From the IMG/VR virus record IMGVR_UViG_3300044641_002725: 64,000 bases of DNA. One strand, 5' to 3'. The notes under the pieces were generated by a model. The model saw only the letters and a program-made list of their open reading frames with translations. It was not told the DNA's origin and ran no database searches. Positions within the stretch are counted from its first letter, which is position 1. Each line of letters opens with the position of its first letter. Source of the DNA: a virus. This document shows positions 35,417 through 47,800 of the stretch, piece by piece. The position numbers were made by a program, and so were the translations under genes.

Positions 35417-35457
35417 AGTCTACACAGTAATATAACATACTGTCAAGCAAATGTCAA
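35417..35457 (-). promoter_or_regulatory. Tandem antisense sigma70-like promoters facing gp5
   Basis: Minus strand TTGACA-N17-TATATT and TTGACA-N18-TAGACT. Confidence 0.5.
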
Positions 35458-35477
35458 TACTTTATAAGGAAATAATA

Positions 35478-35654
35478 ATGACGAATCACGAAAACTTAGT
35501 AAATTTATTTGAATCATATCTTGCAGAAAGCGCAAAGTTTGACGAAAAAGGAAATAAAGCCGCAGGAACGAGAGCAAGAAAAGCATTAGCAGAGTTCACC
35601 AAAGCCGCAAAAGAGCGAAGAAAAGAGATCCAAGACGCTAAAACGGTAGAATAA
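35478..35654 (+). CDS. Histone H1-like (Hc1-type) small basic protein
   Basis: KF.EKGNKAAGTRARKAL......KERRKEIQ. Confidence 0.7.
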   Translation: MTNHENLVNLFESYLAESAKFDEKGNKAAGTRARKALAEFTKAAKERRKEIQDAKTVE

Positions 35655-35676
35655 CATACATAAATAAAAGAAAAAA

Positions 35677-36060
35677 ATGGCCGATATTATTTTTTACAAA
35701 GATTTACCATTAGATTTCACACCTCATCCTGTGACTGGTGACGTTCGTCCCATCACAAATGAAGTCGCAATTAGAAGGTCTTTGACAAATTTAATTAATA
35801 CGACAAAAGGATCACGTCCATTTTTTCCTGAGTATGGTAGTAGTGTTAAAAAGTATTTGTTTTCTGTAAATAGTGAATTTACACTTTACGAACTTAAAGA
35901 CAGTCTTAAGCGAGACATTGAAAAACATGAAAGACGCATAACACTAACAAATATACTAGTAGATTATTCAGATGATGGGTTTGATATCAAATTAGAATAT
36001 GTGATTAGAAATGCTTCTGGCATTTCAAGTTTACAAACAACAGTCAAAAGGACAGCATAA
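35677..36060 (+). CDS. gp25: Baseplate wedge gp25
   Basis: YKDL.L.F..HP.T.D.....NE.AI.RS..NL..T..G.RPF.PE.G. Confidence 0.9.
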   Translation: MADIIFYKDLPLDFTPHPVTGDVRPITNEVAIRRSLTNLINTTKGSRPFFPEYGSSVKKYLFSVNSEFTLYELKDSLKRDIEKHERRITLTNILVDYSDDGFDIKLEYVIRNASGISSLQTTVKRTA

Positions 36061-37877
36061 TGGCATCGGACAATAATTTGAAAATAGATGCATTAGATTT
36101 TCAAGGAATCAAAACCAACTTTAAATCTTATTTGCAATCACAGGATCAATTCAGAGATTATAACTTTGAAGGTTCTGGTCTTAACGTTTTACTTGACCTA
36201 TTAGCTTATAACACATACTACAATTCATTCTACCTCAACATGGTAGCCGCTGAAGCATTCTTGCCAACTGCACAAAAAAGAAATTCTGTTGTTAACTTAG
36301 CAAAGTCTTTAAACTATACACCACGTTCAGTTACCTCTGCATCTATTAGCGGAACTGCAACATTGACACTTACTAGTTCTCCAGTAAGTATAACTATTCC
36401 TGCATACACTTCTTTTACGGGAACTGTTGATGGTGTTACATACAACTTCTTAAATACCAGTTCAGTTATCGTATCACCAACAAGTGGTGTTTATAGTTCT
36501 GCTATGTCTCTCAGAGAGGGACAATATATCAACAGAAGATATACTGTAAATTTAAATGATCCAGATCAAAGATTTTTAATTCCAAACGTAAACGTTGATA
36601 CATCAACATTGACTGTTAGCGTTTTAAATTCTTCAGTTGATAGCACGACACGAACATTTTCAAAAGTCACTAATTTAGTTGAAGTCACATCTACAACTAG
36701 AGTATATTACATTGAAGAAGTTGAAGATGGCGAATTTGAAATTAAATTTGGCGATGGTGTTTTTGGTGTAGCGTTAGATGCGGGCAACATTGTTGTGCTT
36801 GAATATCTTGTGTCTAATGGTGCTTCAGCAAATGACATTGAGTCGTTGACATATGCAGATGCAATTGCAGGCGTGACAACAATTGACTTTGTTGCATCAG
36901 ATCCAGCCGCTGGTGGTGCAGACAGAGAAACAGTCAGTAAAATTAAATTTAACGCACCAAAAGCATATGAAGCACAGAATCGTGTGGTAACAGCCGAGGA
37001 CTATAAAACTCTAATGTTACAACAAGCGACAGTAGATTCTTGCGTTGTGTGGGGTGGTGAAGACAATGATCCGCCAACATTTGGAAAAGTATTCATTGCA
37101 ATCAAGCCAGCAACTGGCGATGTTCTGACTGCAACAGAAAAACTCAATTTAATTAATTCGGTAATTAAACCTAAAAAAGTTTTAACTATATCTACAGAAA
37201 TTGTTGATCCCGAATACATTTATATTATTGTTGATACGACTGTGAAGTATCAGTCCGATGCAACAATATCAACTTCGGGTGAAATCGAACAACTTGTAAT
37301 TGACACAATTAAAGCATACAATACAGATGAGATCAATCAATTCTCAAAATATTTTAGATATTCTAAATTATCTAGACTGATTGACGTTTCTGAAAGATCA
37401 ATCTTAAGTAGTGTCACTACAGCACAAATGAGAAAAGAACTTGACGTTCAATTGGGTGTTGGCACACGATATGAGATTAATTTCTCGAACGCAATTGATG
37501 GAGCAACAATTGGTAGACCAACAACTCATCCATTTGGCGTTGGTAATAAAATCACATCTAATGCATTTACTTTTGGTGGATTTGCAAATTGTTTCTTAGA
37601 AGACAACAATGGTATAATTCGTATATACAGAGTCTTGGGCATTGAAAACATTGCAGTTTCTATCAATGCTGGAACAATTGACTATACTACGGGTAAAATT
37701 ATATTAACAAGTTTTGCGCCAACCGCATTTAATGATGGCGGCACAGCATTAAAAATAACTGCAACACCGAAAGACAAAGACATTCTTCCATTGAGAGGTC
37801 AAATTATTGCAATTAGAGATGCGGATATTACAGTCACAATGGTTGATGACAAATCAATTAGTTTAGTAAGCAGATAA
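36060..37877 (+). CDS. gp6: Baseplate wedge gp6
   Basis: LDF..IK.N...YL..Q..F.DYNFEGS, QNR.VT..DY, WGGED. Confidence 0.93.
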   Translation: MASDNNLKIDALDFQGIKTNFKSYLQSQDQFRDYNFEGSGLNVLLDLLAYNTYYNSFYLNMVAAEAFLPTAQKRNSVVNLAKSLNYTPRSVTSASISGTATLTLTSSPVSITIPAYTSFTGTVDGVTYNFLNTSSVIVSPTSGVYSSAMSLREGQYINRRYTVNLNDPDQRFLIPNVNVDTSTLTVSVLNSSVDSTTRTFSKVTNLVEVTSTTRVYYIEEVEDGEFEIKFGDGVFGVALDAGNIVVLEYLVSNGASANDIESLTYADAIAGVTTIDFVASDPAAGGADRETVSKIKFNAPKAYEAQNRVVTAEDYKTLMLQQATVDSCVVWGGEDNDPPTFGKVFIAIKPATGDVLTATEKLNLINSVIKPKKVLTISTEIVDPEYIYIIVDTTVKYQSDATISTSGEIEQLVIDTIKAYNTDEINQFSKYFRYSKLSRLIDVSERSILSSVTTAQMRKELDVQLGVGTRYEINFSNAIDGATIGRPTTHPFGVGNKITSNAFTFGGFANCFLEDNNGIIRIYRVLGIENIAVSINAGTIDYTTGKIILTSFAPTAFNDGGTALKITATPKDKDILPLRGQIIAIRDADITVTMVDDKSISLVSR

Positions 37878-37878
37878 A

Positions 37879-40473
37879 ATGAATGATGTATTTTTCAAGC
37901 CGTCATTAAATGTAGAATCTTTTATTGGCGAAAATTCTTCCGTTAATACGGAAAGATTCTTGCTGTTCGTAAAAGCATACTACGAATGGATGCAATCTAC
38001 AACTATAACACTAACAAATAAGACTGGAACATTTGTAGTTGGTGAAACTGTTGTTGGTGCGTCTTCTGGTGCATTAGCTACAATCAAAGAAGTCAAAGCA
38101 AATTCTATTGTAGTTGCACCAACTTCAAGAACGGTATTTGTATATACTGAGACTGTCACTGGCCAAACTTCTGGTGCTACTGCAACAATCAGCATAATTA
38201 AAGATAATGTTGGTCGTGCATCAGGAAATATTTTAAATTATAAAAATATTGAAACTTCTGTTGACCAATACGTTGAATATCTTAGGGAAGAATTATATCC
38301 TAGCATACCTGCATCATACTATGGTGATAAGAAATTAGTTGCACAATACTTTAAAGATTTCTATGAATCTAAAAGTAATGAGCAATCTTACAGATTCTTG
38401 TTCAAACTTTTATACGATGAAGACATTGATTTTTATTATCCGGGAACTGACATTCTCCGAATATCGGATGGTAAATTTGAAAAAACACAAATTATCAGAA
38501 CTTCACCTGTAGGAACTGGATCTCTTTCAGACATATTTTTATTCTTAAATAAAACTATTCGTGGTCAGACTTCTGGATTTCTTGCAAACGTAGTTGACAT
38601 TAAAAAATTCTTTATTGGCACAGTAGAAGTTGCTGAAATGACACTTAAACTTGTAAGTGGAACATTTTCGGCAGGCGAAACTATTGTTGACATTGATAAC
38701 AACAATTTAACTTCAACTGTTCTTGGCATTGTATCTGGTATCACAGTTATTGATGGTGGTTCTGGATATCAAGTAGACGATAGCATTACGATATCTGGCA
38801 ATGGACTAGAGGCACAAGCTAAAGTTTCATCAATTAAAGAATCACCAATTAGTGCATTAACAGTAAACGCAATCGGGCATGGTTATCAATTAAATACTGA
38901 AGCGATAGTCAGCAACTCAGGCACTGGTGGTACTGGTTTTCTTTTTGAAGTTTCTGAACTTGCAAACACATACACAGTAACTTCTGGTGCAAACACATAT
39001 ACTGTCGGTGAAATTTCTAAATTATCTATTATCAATAGGGGTGAAGGATATTTTAAGAAGCCTTCTATTACACTACAAGACACAACCATCGCATCTTTGG
39101 GATTGTTGTCTGATAAGTTAATTACAATTTCAAATGCTGGTACCAATTATGGTGTTGGCAATACACTTATAATTACCAGCCTTCATGCAGGCAATAGTGG
39201 TGCAGGTATCATTGCATCGGTTGTAGAAACCACAACATTCGATCTTTTGTTTGAAGATGGATTTCAAATGAAGGCTGATGGTAGTTACTACGACATTATT
39301 AAAAATGAAGACTGGTTAGTAAAAGGTCCAATCAAACGTATTGAATTAACAGATTTTGGCGATGGCTACACACCGGGTTTGCTTCCACTTATCTCGGTTT
39401 CATCTACAACTGGTGCTGGCGCAAACTTAATTGCAACAGGCATTCAAGGCACAAGTGCAAATGTTAGTGTAGACACATCAAACAATATTACTGGTATCGG
39501 ATCTATTCGTTCTGTTGAAATTACCAATTTTGGTATCAACTACAGTACAGCCAATGCATCTGCATCTGCTATTGGTGATGGCAATGCAAATCTTGCGGTA
39601 ACTATTTCAGGATTAGGAATCAAAGAAGGCGTTTTATTGAATGACGATGGTAAAATTGATTACAAGATTATTCAAGACTCTTTCTATTATCAAGATTTTT
39701 CATATGTTATCCGAAGCGGATTAGTTTTTTCTGTGTACAGAGATACACTCAAAAGCATTATTCATCCTGCGGGCTTACAAACGTTTGGTGAGATTTTAAT
39801 CAAGAGTGTACTTGATGTTACACCAATTATCAGTAGCACAATTAGCACTTTGGTTAACGTGAATGAATACATTTTGTATATTCTTTCTGCATTCGATGTT
39901 GCTCCTAGTTTTGCACAAGCTAGATATTCTAGAATTATTAATAGTACAGCAGACGTAAGTTCTCCTTTGTTGTCAAATAGAGAAGTTCAGGTTCGTATTG
40001 CACCAAGCATATTAGATAACACATCAACATTCGATAGAACCTTACAAATTCGTACAGAAAATGAATTCGATCTTTCACAGAGCATAAGTAAACAATATAC
40101 ACTATCGATTCCTTCAGTTGAGTTTGCCGCATATGGAACATTTTATGGAGACTTGATTATTGGTGATTATGCAAATACGCCAATTTCAACATTCTCTGCA
40201 TTTTCATTCGATTCATTCTTCACATCCGATCCTAATGTAACTAGTACATACGCTAAAACTATTAAAATTACAGGAACAGTCACATTCTCAGGCAATACTG
40301 TCATTGGTACTGGAACAAATTTTGCCAATAACTTCTCGGTTGATGATTCTTTCATTGTAAATGATGAAAAATTCATTGTTAAAAGCGTGGCAAATTCAAC
40401 ATATCTGCAGGTAAACGTAAATCCTGTGGGGTCTTACACAAATGTTTTAGCATATAAGCAAGAAGTGGCTTAA
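37879..40473 (+). CDS. gp7: Baseplate wedge initiator gp7-like
   Basis: F.KAYYEW, FY.SK....SY.FLF..LY, IQDS.YYQ.FSYV, HPAG...FG. Confidence 0.8.
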   Translation: MNDVFFKPSLNVESFIGENSSVNTERFLLFVKAYYEWMQSTTITLTNKTGTFVVGETVVGASSGALATIKEVKANSIVVAPTSRTVFVYTETVTGQTSGATATISIIKDNVGRASGNILNYKNIETSVDQYVEYLREELYPSIPASYYGDKKLVAQYFKDFYESKSNEQSYRFLFKLLYDEDIDFYYPGTDILRISDGKFEKTQIIRTSPVGTGSLSDIFLFLNKTIRGQTSGFLANVVDIKKFFIGTVEVAEMTLKLVSGTFSAGETIVDIDNNNLTSTVLGIVSGITVIDGGSGYQVDDSITISGNGLEAQAKVSSIKESPISALTVNAIGHGYQLNTEAIVSNSGTGGTGFLFEVSELANTYTVTSGANTYTVGEISKLSIINRGEGYFKKPSITLQDTTIASLGLLSDKLITISNAGTNYGVGNTLIITSLHAGNSGAGIIASVVETTTFDLLFEDGFQMKADGSYYDIIKNEDWLVKGPIKRIELTDFGDGYTPGLLPLISVSSTTGAGANLIATGIQGTSANVSVDTSNNITGIGSIRSVEITNFGINYSTANASASAIGDGNANLAVTISGLGIKEGVLLNDDGKIDYKIIQDSFYYQDFSYVIRSGLVFSVYRDTLKSIIHPAGLQTFGEILIKSVLDVTPIISSTISTLVNVNEYILYILSAFDVAPSFAQARYSRIINSTADVSSPLLSNREVQVRIAPSILDNTSTFDRTLQIRTENEFDLSQSISKQYTLSIPSVEFAAYGTFYGDLIIGDYANTPISTFSAFSFDSFFTSDPNVTSTYAKTIKITGTVTFSGNTVIGTGTNFANNFSVDDSFIVNDEKFIVKSVANSTYLQVNVNPVGSYTNVLAYKQEVA

Positions 40474-40480
40474 AAAGAAT

Positions 40481-40488
40481 TATAAATA
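40481..40488 (+). promoter_or_regulatory. T4 late promoter TATAAATA
   Basis: Exact match upstream of gp8. Confidence 0.7.
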
Positions 40489-40536
40489 CTACAGTTAAAA
40501 TAGTATCAACGAACAAATTTCAGTAAAGGGAAAAAC

Positions 40537-41817
40537 ATGGCTTCCATAGTAACTAGCAAATTCAGAGTCCACAATGCACAGCAGTTCGTGGAGTCTTTCT
40601 CAGAAGCGGCAAACACAACAATGTATTTGTTTGTCGGTAAAAATACAGCATTTCCAGACGATAACAATCCTCCAACTCCAGTAAATTCCACAGCAAATAT
40701 TGAATTTACTCCATGGCGTGATATGTTTGGTGCAAAGCGTATTCAATCGACTGACGTAACACACGCAATTGAACGCTATAACTGGACTTCAGGTACAGTT
40801 TATGACGCATATGACGACCAAGACACGAATTTATTAGATGACGATTTCTATGTTCTTACTGAAGACTATAATGTATACAAGTGTTTGTTTAATGCTGGAG
40901 GAACAGCATCAACAACAAAACCAACAGGTGTAAGCACATTACAATTTACAACTGCTGATGGTTATATTTGGAAATACATGTATACAGTTACTACTTCAAA
41001 TGCTTTGAAGTTTTTGACGAATGATTATATTCCAGTTCAGACTTTAACATCGGATGACGGATCCGATCAATGGGATGTTCAGCAAGCCGCAGTAAATGGC
41101 GGCATTCACGTTATTAAAGTGACTGCTGGTGGCTCTGGATACGCTACTGCGCCTGCGGTTACAATTACTGGTGACGGAACTGGTGCCACTGCAAATTCTA
41201 CAATTACTGCTAACGTAGTTACAGCAGTTACAGTTACTAACATTGGTTCAGGATATACAAGAGCAACAGTTTCATTTGCATCAGGTGCGGCAACTGCTAC
41301 AGCAGTCATTTCACCAAAAGGTGGGCATGGTGCAGATCCAGTTGAAGAGTTGGGTGGTAAGTATGTTATGATTAACTCTCGTTTAGATGGTAGTGAATCT
41401 AATACAATTTCCACAGCAAACGAATTCAGACAAGTCGGTTTAGTTAGAGATCCACTTTTATTTGGAACTACAACAAGAGCAACGGCATCTTCATTTAGAC
41501 AAACTTTCCGTTATACTGTAGCAAACACTGGTAACTATACAGTAGATGAAGTTGTTACAAGCGGAAGCAATACTGCATTTGTTGTTGAATGGGATGCAAC
41601 AAATAATTATTTGTATACAACTAAGCCTCTCAACCAAAACTTTGCAAATGGTGCATCAATCACTGGCGCTACTTCAGGAACATCTCGTACAATTACCGCA
41701 ATCAGTACTGCAAGTTTAGACCCATACTCTGGTGATCTATTGTATGTTGAAAATAGAGTTCCAATTGCAAGAGCGTCTGACCAAATTGAAGATGTGAAAC
41801 TAATTATTCAATTCTAA
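40537..41817 (+). CDS. gp8: Baseplate wedge gp8
   Basis: R.NWTSGT.Y..Y, VYKCL.N, DGY.WKYMY, ENR.PI.R...Q.ED.K.I..F. Confidence 0.9.
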   Translation: MASIVTSKFRVHNAQQFVESFSEAANTTMYLFVGKNTAFPDDNNPPTPVNSTANIEFTPWRDMFGAKRIQSTDVTHAIERYNWTSGTVYDAYDDQDTNLLDDDFYVLTEDYNVYKCLFNAGGTASTTKPTGVSTLQFTTADGYIWKYMYTVTTSNALKFLTNDYIPVQTLTSDDGSDQWDVQQAAVNGGIHVIKVTAGGSGYATAPAVTITGDGTGATANSTITANVVTAVTVTNIGSGYTRATVSFASGAATATAVISPKGGHGADPVEELGGKYVMINSRLDGSESNTISTANEFRQVGLVRDPLLFGTTTRATASSFRQTFRYTVANTGNYTVDEVVTSGSNTAFVVEWDATNNYLYTTKPLNQNFANGASITGATSGTSRTITAISTASLDPYSGDLLYVENRVPIARASDQIEDVKLIIQF

Positions 41818-41839
41818 GATAAAATAGGTTTAAAATTAA

Positions 41840-44800
41840 ATGGCAAATACATATCCTGGTGGCATAGATTTAGACACCAGTCCATACTTTGACGATTACG
41901 ATGAAGACAAAAAGTTCGTAAGAATTCTTTATCGTCCTGGACGTGCTGTTCAAGCTAGAGAACTTACACAATCACAATCTCTTCAACAAGTACAGACTAA
42001 ACGTTTTGCTGAATATTTTTTCAAGCAAGGTGCATTAGTTGATGGATGTGAACAAAATCTAGACTTAAATTTAAATTTCGTAAAACTTCAGACAAACTAC
42101 AATGGTAGTGAAGTTGCGGTTGCAAATTTATTGAATACAATTGTCTATGGCGCAAACAGCGGCATCAAAGCATACTGTGGATTAGTTACTGACATTGATG
42201 GTGATGATCCTAAAACATTGTTCATCAGTTATGCAACAAATGGAACTCAAGTTCTTACAGTAAACGTTGCGCCAACTACACTCACATCAGGAAATACAAT
42301 TACCTTCTCAACAGGTAATACTGCTACGATTGAGACATTTTATACAGACCCAATTTCTGGTGTAATTAAAATATTTGTTTCAAACACAAATGGAACATTA
42401 ACTGCGACAACTGCAAACACAGTATTAAGCACTGGTGCAACTCAAGTAATTAACGTAACAGCCGTTTCAGATCAAAGTGCAAATACTGCATTTGCAAACT
42501 CAGAAACTATCTTTACAGCAAATACAACATCTAGAGTGTATGCATTGGCTGCGGCAACAAATGCAGTAAGAAATGTTGTTAACGAAGGTCTTGCAACTCA
42601 ACAAATCTATAACTACGGTTCTAAGATTACTGTTTCTGAAGGTGTTGTTTATGTTGCAGATCATTTTGTTAAGCATTCTACACAAACAATTTTACTCGAC
42701 AAGTATACAAACGAACCTTCTTATAAAATTGGATTAGTTCCAAATAAATCTTTTGTTGATTACATTGAAGATCAAACTCTTGTTGACAATGCACAAGGCA
42801 CACCGAACTTTCAAGCACCGGGTGCAGACAGATTGAAGATTGATACGACTTTAACAAAAGTTGCATTGAACGAAACTACAGATGAAAATGAATTCATCAC
42901 AATCACAGAAATTGAAAATGGTATTGCTAGAAAAAGAAAATCAATTACTGTAGAAAATAAATTAGAAGAAGTTCTTGCAAAACGCACACAAGAAGAATCT
43001 GGCAATTATACTTTGTCTGATCCAATTGTCGTTGTTCGTGAGCATTTAATAAATGGCGACAATGATGGCAGATACACTTCTGCTGAAGGTGGCAATACAG
43101 ATTTACTTTTAGTTGAAGTTGATCCATTCACATCTTATGTGTCTGGTTATAGAAATCAACTTATCACAAAAACTCCAATTGAAATTGAAAAAGGTCTTAG
43201 CACTCAATACGTAGAACAAACTAAGACACAAATCAATTATGGGCAATATATTGAAGTCAAAGAAGTTGTTGGTGCATGGGACATTATGGAATCAACTACT
43301 GTTGATCTATATGATACAGCACAACAAGTTATTACAAACTTAGCACATTCAACTGCAACCGCAGCCGGAAGTGCAATCGGTACTGCAAGAGTTCGTTCTA
43401 TTGAATATGTGAGTGGTGCTAAAGGTACTGCTGATGCAAGATACTATTTGTACTTGTACGATATCGTGATGAGTGCAGGAAAGAATTTTAAAGACGTTCG
43501 TTCTATTTTTGATTCTGCGACACCAAAACGTTTTGCCGATGTTGTAACAACAGCCGCTGGTGCTGTCTTACAAGAAACGTCATTTGGCACAATGATTTTT
43601 CCATTGCCATATGAAGCAATTAAAACCGTACGTGACAATTCAGAAAACGTTGAAACTTCTTTTAGATTTAAAAAGAAATTTACTGTTTCATTTACGTCTG
43701 GTGTTGCAACAGTTGCAACTGACGTTGTTAGCGAAACGTTTGTCGGTACAGGCTTATTGAATGCAACCCAGAAAAATGATTTCTACATGGTTGTTGTTAA
43801 TAATGCTGGTGCAAACGTAGCAACTTCTGCGTTGACTGGTACTGTTACTGTAGGTGCCGCCAATACTGTCGTTATTGGAAGTGGAACTTCTTTTAATACA
43901 CAGTTAAATGTTGGTGATTTAATCACTATCAATTCTTTAACAAGATCGGTCGCAAATATTGCATCGGCCACCGTATTAACTCTATCGACTGCACACACGA
44001 CTGGTTCTACCGCAAACACATTCACTAAAACCCTTGCAACAGGAACAATTCTATCGCTTTCTGGCAATGGTGGTTCAGGAGCCACACGAACAGTTAATGT
44101 TACTTCTCCAGGAACAGTAGCAATTGATGTTAAAGAGAATGCAACATTTACTGCTGATGTTATTGTCTCTATGGACAGAGCAAATTCAAAAGAAAAAGTT
44201 AAAACATTAAATTTTCAAACGCAAGCAAACATCAATCCAAATACGCACATTAGTGGGCTGTCTGGACCATTTGGTTTAGGTGTTGGTGATATCTATCAAT
44301 TACACGCTGTTTATCAATCATCATCATTCGCCATTGCCGCTACTACAGCAAACACAGACGTTACTGCAAATTATATATTAGATAATGGACAACGTGACTA
44401 TGCATACGAACATGGAACAATTACACCAATTACTGGTTATGTTCCAACAGGTAGATTGTTAGCAGTCTTTGACAACTTTGTACACGACACATCTCAGGGT
44501 GTTGGATATACATCAGTTAATTCTTATCCAGTTGATGATAATGCAACATCAAATACTACAATCACAACTGCTGACATTCCTGTATTCACTAGTCCTACGA
44601 CTAAGAAAGTTTTTAAACTTCGTGACTCTATTGATTTCAGACCAATCAAAACTGCAAACACATCATTGAATCCAATTGATGTTGGCACATATGAAGTTCC
44701 AACATTCGGTCTTCGTGTTCCAGAATCTGGTTCAGACTTTGATGCAGATTTAATCTACTACAAAGGTAGAATTTCTAAAGTATACATTAATAACGCTGGT

Positions 44801-47800
44801 GTGTTCGGTATCAATGATGGTGTTCCAGCACAAGCTGGTAATCAGAGAGCAGAATCTCCACCAACTAAACCTGATACATTAGAAATCGCAGAATTAACTA
44901 TTCCACCATATCCTTCTTTACCGTCAGAAGTAAAAATCAAATTGTTGAAAAACAAACGATTCACTATGCGTGACGTTGCAAGAATAAATGAGAGACTTGA
45001 AAGACTAGAGTATTTTACTGCATTGAGTTTCTTAGAAAAACAAGCGACTGATACAACAGAATTAGACAATGATGGATTAGACAGATTCAAAAATGGTATT
45101 CTTGTTGACCCATTTACAGGTTGGGCTGTAGCATCTACATCTAGTGATGGTAAAGATTGTGCAATTGATAAGAAGAACAAATTGTTGACATGTTTACAAG
45201 ACAACGCAAACACAGTTGGTCTTCGTTATTCTACTACAGCACCCGCTCTTTCAACAACAACTATAAATTCTGGCAACAAAATTATGTTGCCGTTTGCTGA
45301 AGTTGAAGCAAAGGGATTAAAACAAGATAAAGCATCTAGACAATTAAGACTTGCTGAAGAATTAAACTTTGTTTGGACTGGTGATTTAATCGCTGTACCA
45401 TTTACAGACAATTTCTTTGACACTACAAACGATCCTACAAAAGCAGTTGTTTACAATGATGACCAAGGTGCAGACAACTGGAAAGCATTAGTGAGTGCAT
45501 GGAACACAGAAGTTGCACCATTAAATCAAAAATGGATTGGTGGCACAACGCAAACTGCAATCGTTGCTGGAACAAATCAAACAGCACAAGTTGGTAATTT
45601 CAACGTTACTACTGCACTACAGCAAACGACACAAGAAGCATTTAATCAATTAGCGGCAGGCAATCAAACAACATCTTCTACACAAGATGTTAAGTTTGAT
45701 AGAGTTGTTCAAGTTGAAGCCGCACTCAGAATGCGTCCTCGTGACTTTGTTATTCAAGCTACAGGATTAAAAAATAATTCTAGAGTTTATGCATTCTTTG
45801 ATGGTGTAAACGTTACCGCAAATTGCTTTCAAATTTCATTGTTCGGTAATACTACAGTACAATCATTAAACGACTTGATGAACAGCGCAGGTCAACTGAC
45901 TGGCAATAGTGCAAGCACTTGGGAAGCTACTGCTAATGGTGCTACACAACCACTCATTGTTAAAAACAATCAAATTATATTATTGTTTGAAGTTCCAGCT
46001 GGTAAATTTTTTACAGGACAACGTGAATTCAAAGTTACAGACAGTCCTACAAATTCTGAGGGAACAACATTAACTAGTGCAAGAAATACAATTTTTTCAC
46101 AGGGAATTTTACAAAAAACTGGTTCATTTACAATCAACTCTCGCCCATTTAACGTAACATTTAATAGCACAAACAATATTAAATCGTTAGGTCGAAAAGT
46201 TATTTCTGAACAGAGAGTTGAAATAGCCAGGTCTGAAATTCCACCACCACCGCCACCAAGAAATTGGGATCCATTGTCTCAAAGTTTCTTTGTTGATCCA
46301 GATACATTCACAAAAGGATTCTATTTAACTTCTATTGATCTTTTCTTCAGAACAAAATCGCAAGAAGACACTAGAAATGTTAGAGTTGAAGTTCGTGAAA
46401 TGGAAAATGGATTTCCATCTGCACAATTTATTAGCGAAACTGATAGCGCAGTTGTCAACAATAGAAACATTTTAATTAGTGAAGATGCATCTAAGGCAAC
46501 TAAATTTACATTTAAGAATCCTATCTATTTGAGTCCTGGTAATGATTACTGTTTCACCGTTAAACCTGAAAACAATGATCCAGATTACGCAATTTGGGTT
46601 GCTGAATTAGGTGCAATTGACATTACTAATCCAGACAGACAGACTAGAATTGAAAGTGCATACAATAGTGGAATTTTGTTCACATCTTCAAATGATAAGA
46701 CATGGACAACAAAACAAAACATTGATATGAAATTTACAATGAGAGTTGCTGAATTTAATACTTCAGAGAAAGTTGCATTCTGGGCTAATATTCCACAAAC
46801 AACTGCATTTACTTATGATGCATTGACTCCAGCTATTAGCGATCAAATTCTTCCTGAAACAAGCATTACTTATGATATCAAGACTGCTGACAGTTCATTT
46901 ACAGTTGATTCTGATTATACTACAGTTAAAAACTATGAAAGATTGGTGTTACGTTCTAGAAAACAAATTTCTAATACCGCTTCAGAAACATCAAGCGCAT
47001 TTAAATCTTTGCAAGTAAAAGCAACATTGTCTACAGCTAATAAGTTTATTACTCCATACATCGACAATGAAAATATTAGATTTCACTTTGATAAAAATAT
47101 CATTAACAATTCAGATAGCACGGCCGTAACAGGAACAGTCGAATATAGTTCTGGCAATAATATTGTTATTGGTACTGGTACAACTTTTACGACACAAGTA
47201 TTCCCTGGTGAATACGCATACTTTGGTGACGAATACCGCAGAGTTTCTTCGGTAACAAGTAACACAGTTTTGACTGTTATAAACAACTTTACCACGTCAA
47301 ATGCAGTCAGTCAAGCAATGACAACTCGCAATGAAGAAAATCCAACTGGACCATATTCTTCACAGTCTAGATACATTACTAAAGTTGTGACGTTGAATGA
47401 CGGATTTGAAGCGGCTGATCTAGTCACTTATTTAAGAATCAATCGTCCACCAGGAACTTCAATTAAAGTTTATGCTAAGTTATTGAATGAGAATGACTCA
47501 GACGCATTTGATGATAAATTCTATACTCCTATGGAATTAGTTGGAACAGAAACGTTCACACTCAATCAAAATGAGTACAAAGAAGAAAAGTATGTTGTTC
47601 CGTCTGTAGCTAAAACTGGTGGTTCTGAATTGCTTACTGGTACAGTTGCAGTTTCTGACGTATCAACAACAGTTACTGGCACATCTACTCGCTTCATTGA
47701 AGACTTGAAGATTGGTGACACAATTGCTGTCGGTACAGCTAGAACAGAACGTGTGGTTTCTACGATTGCAAACAATACATCATTGACAGTTGAATCTGCA

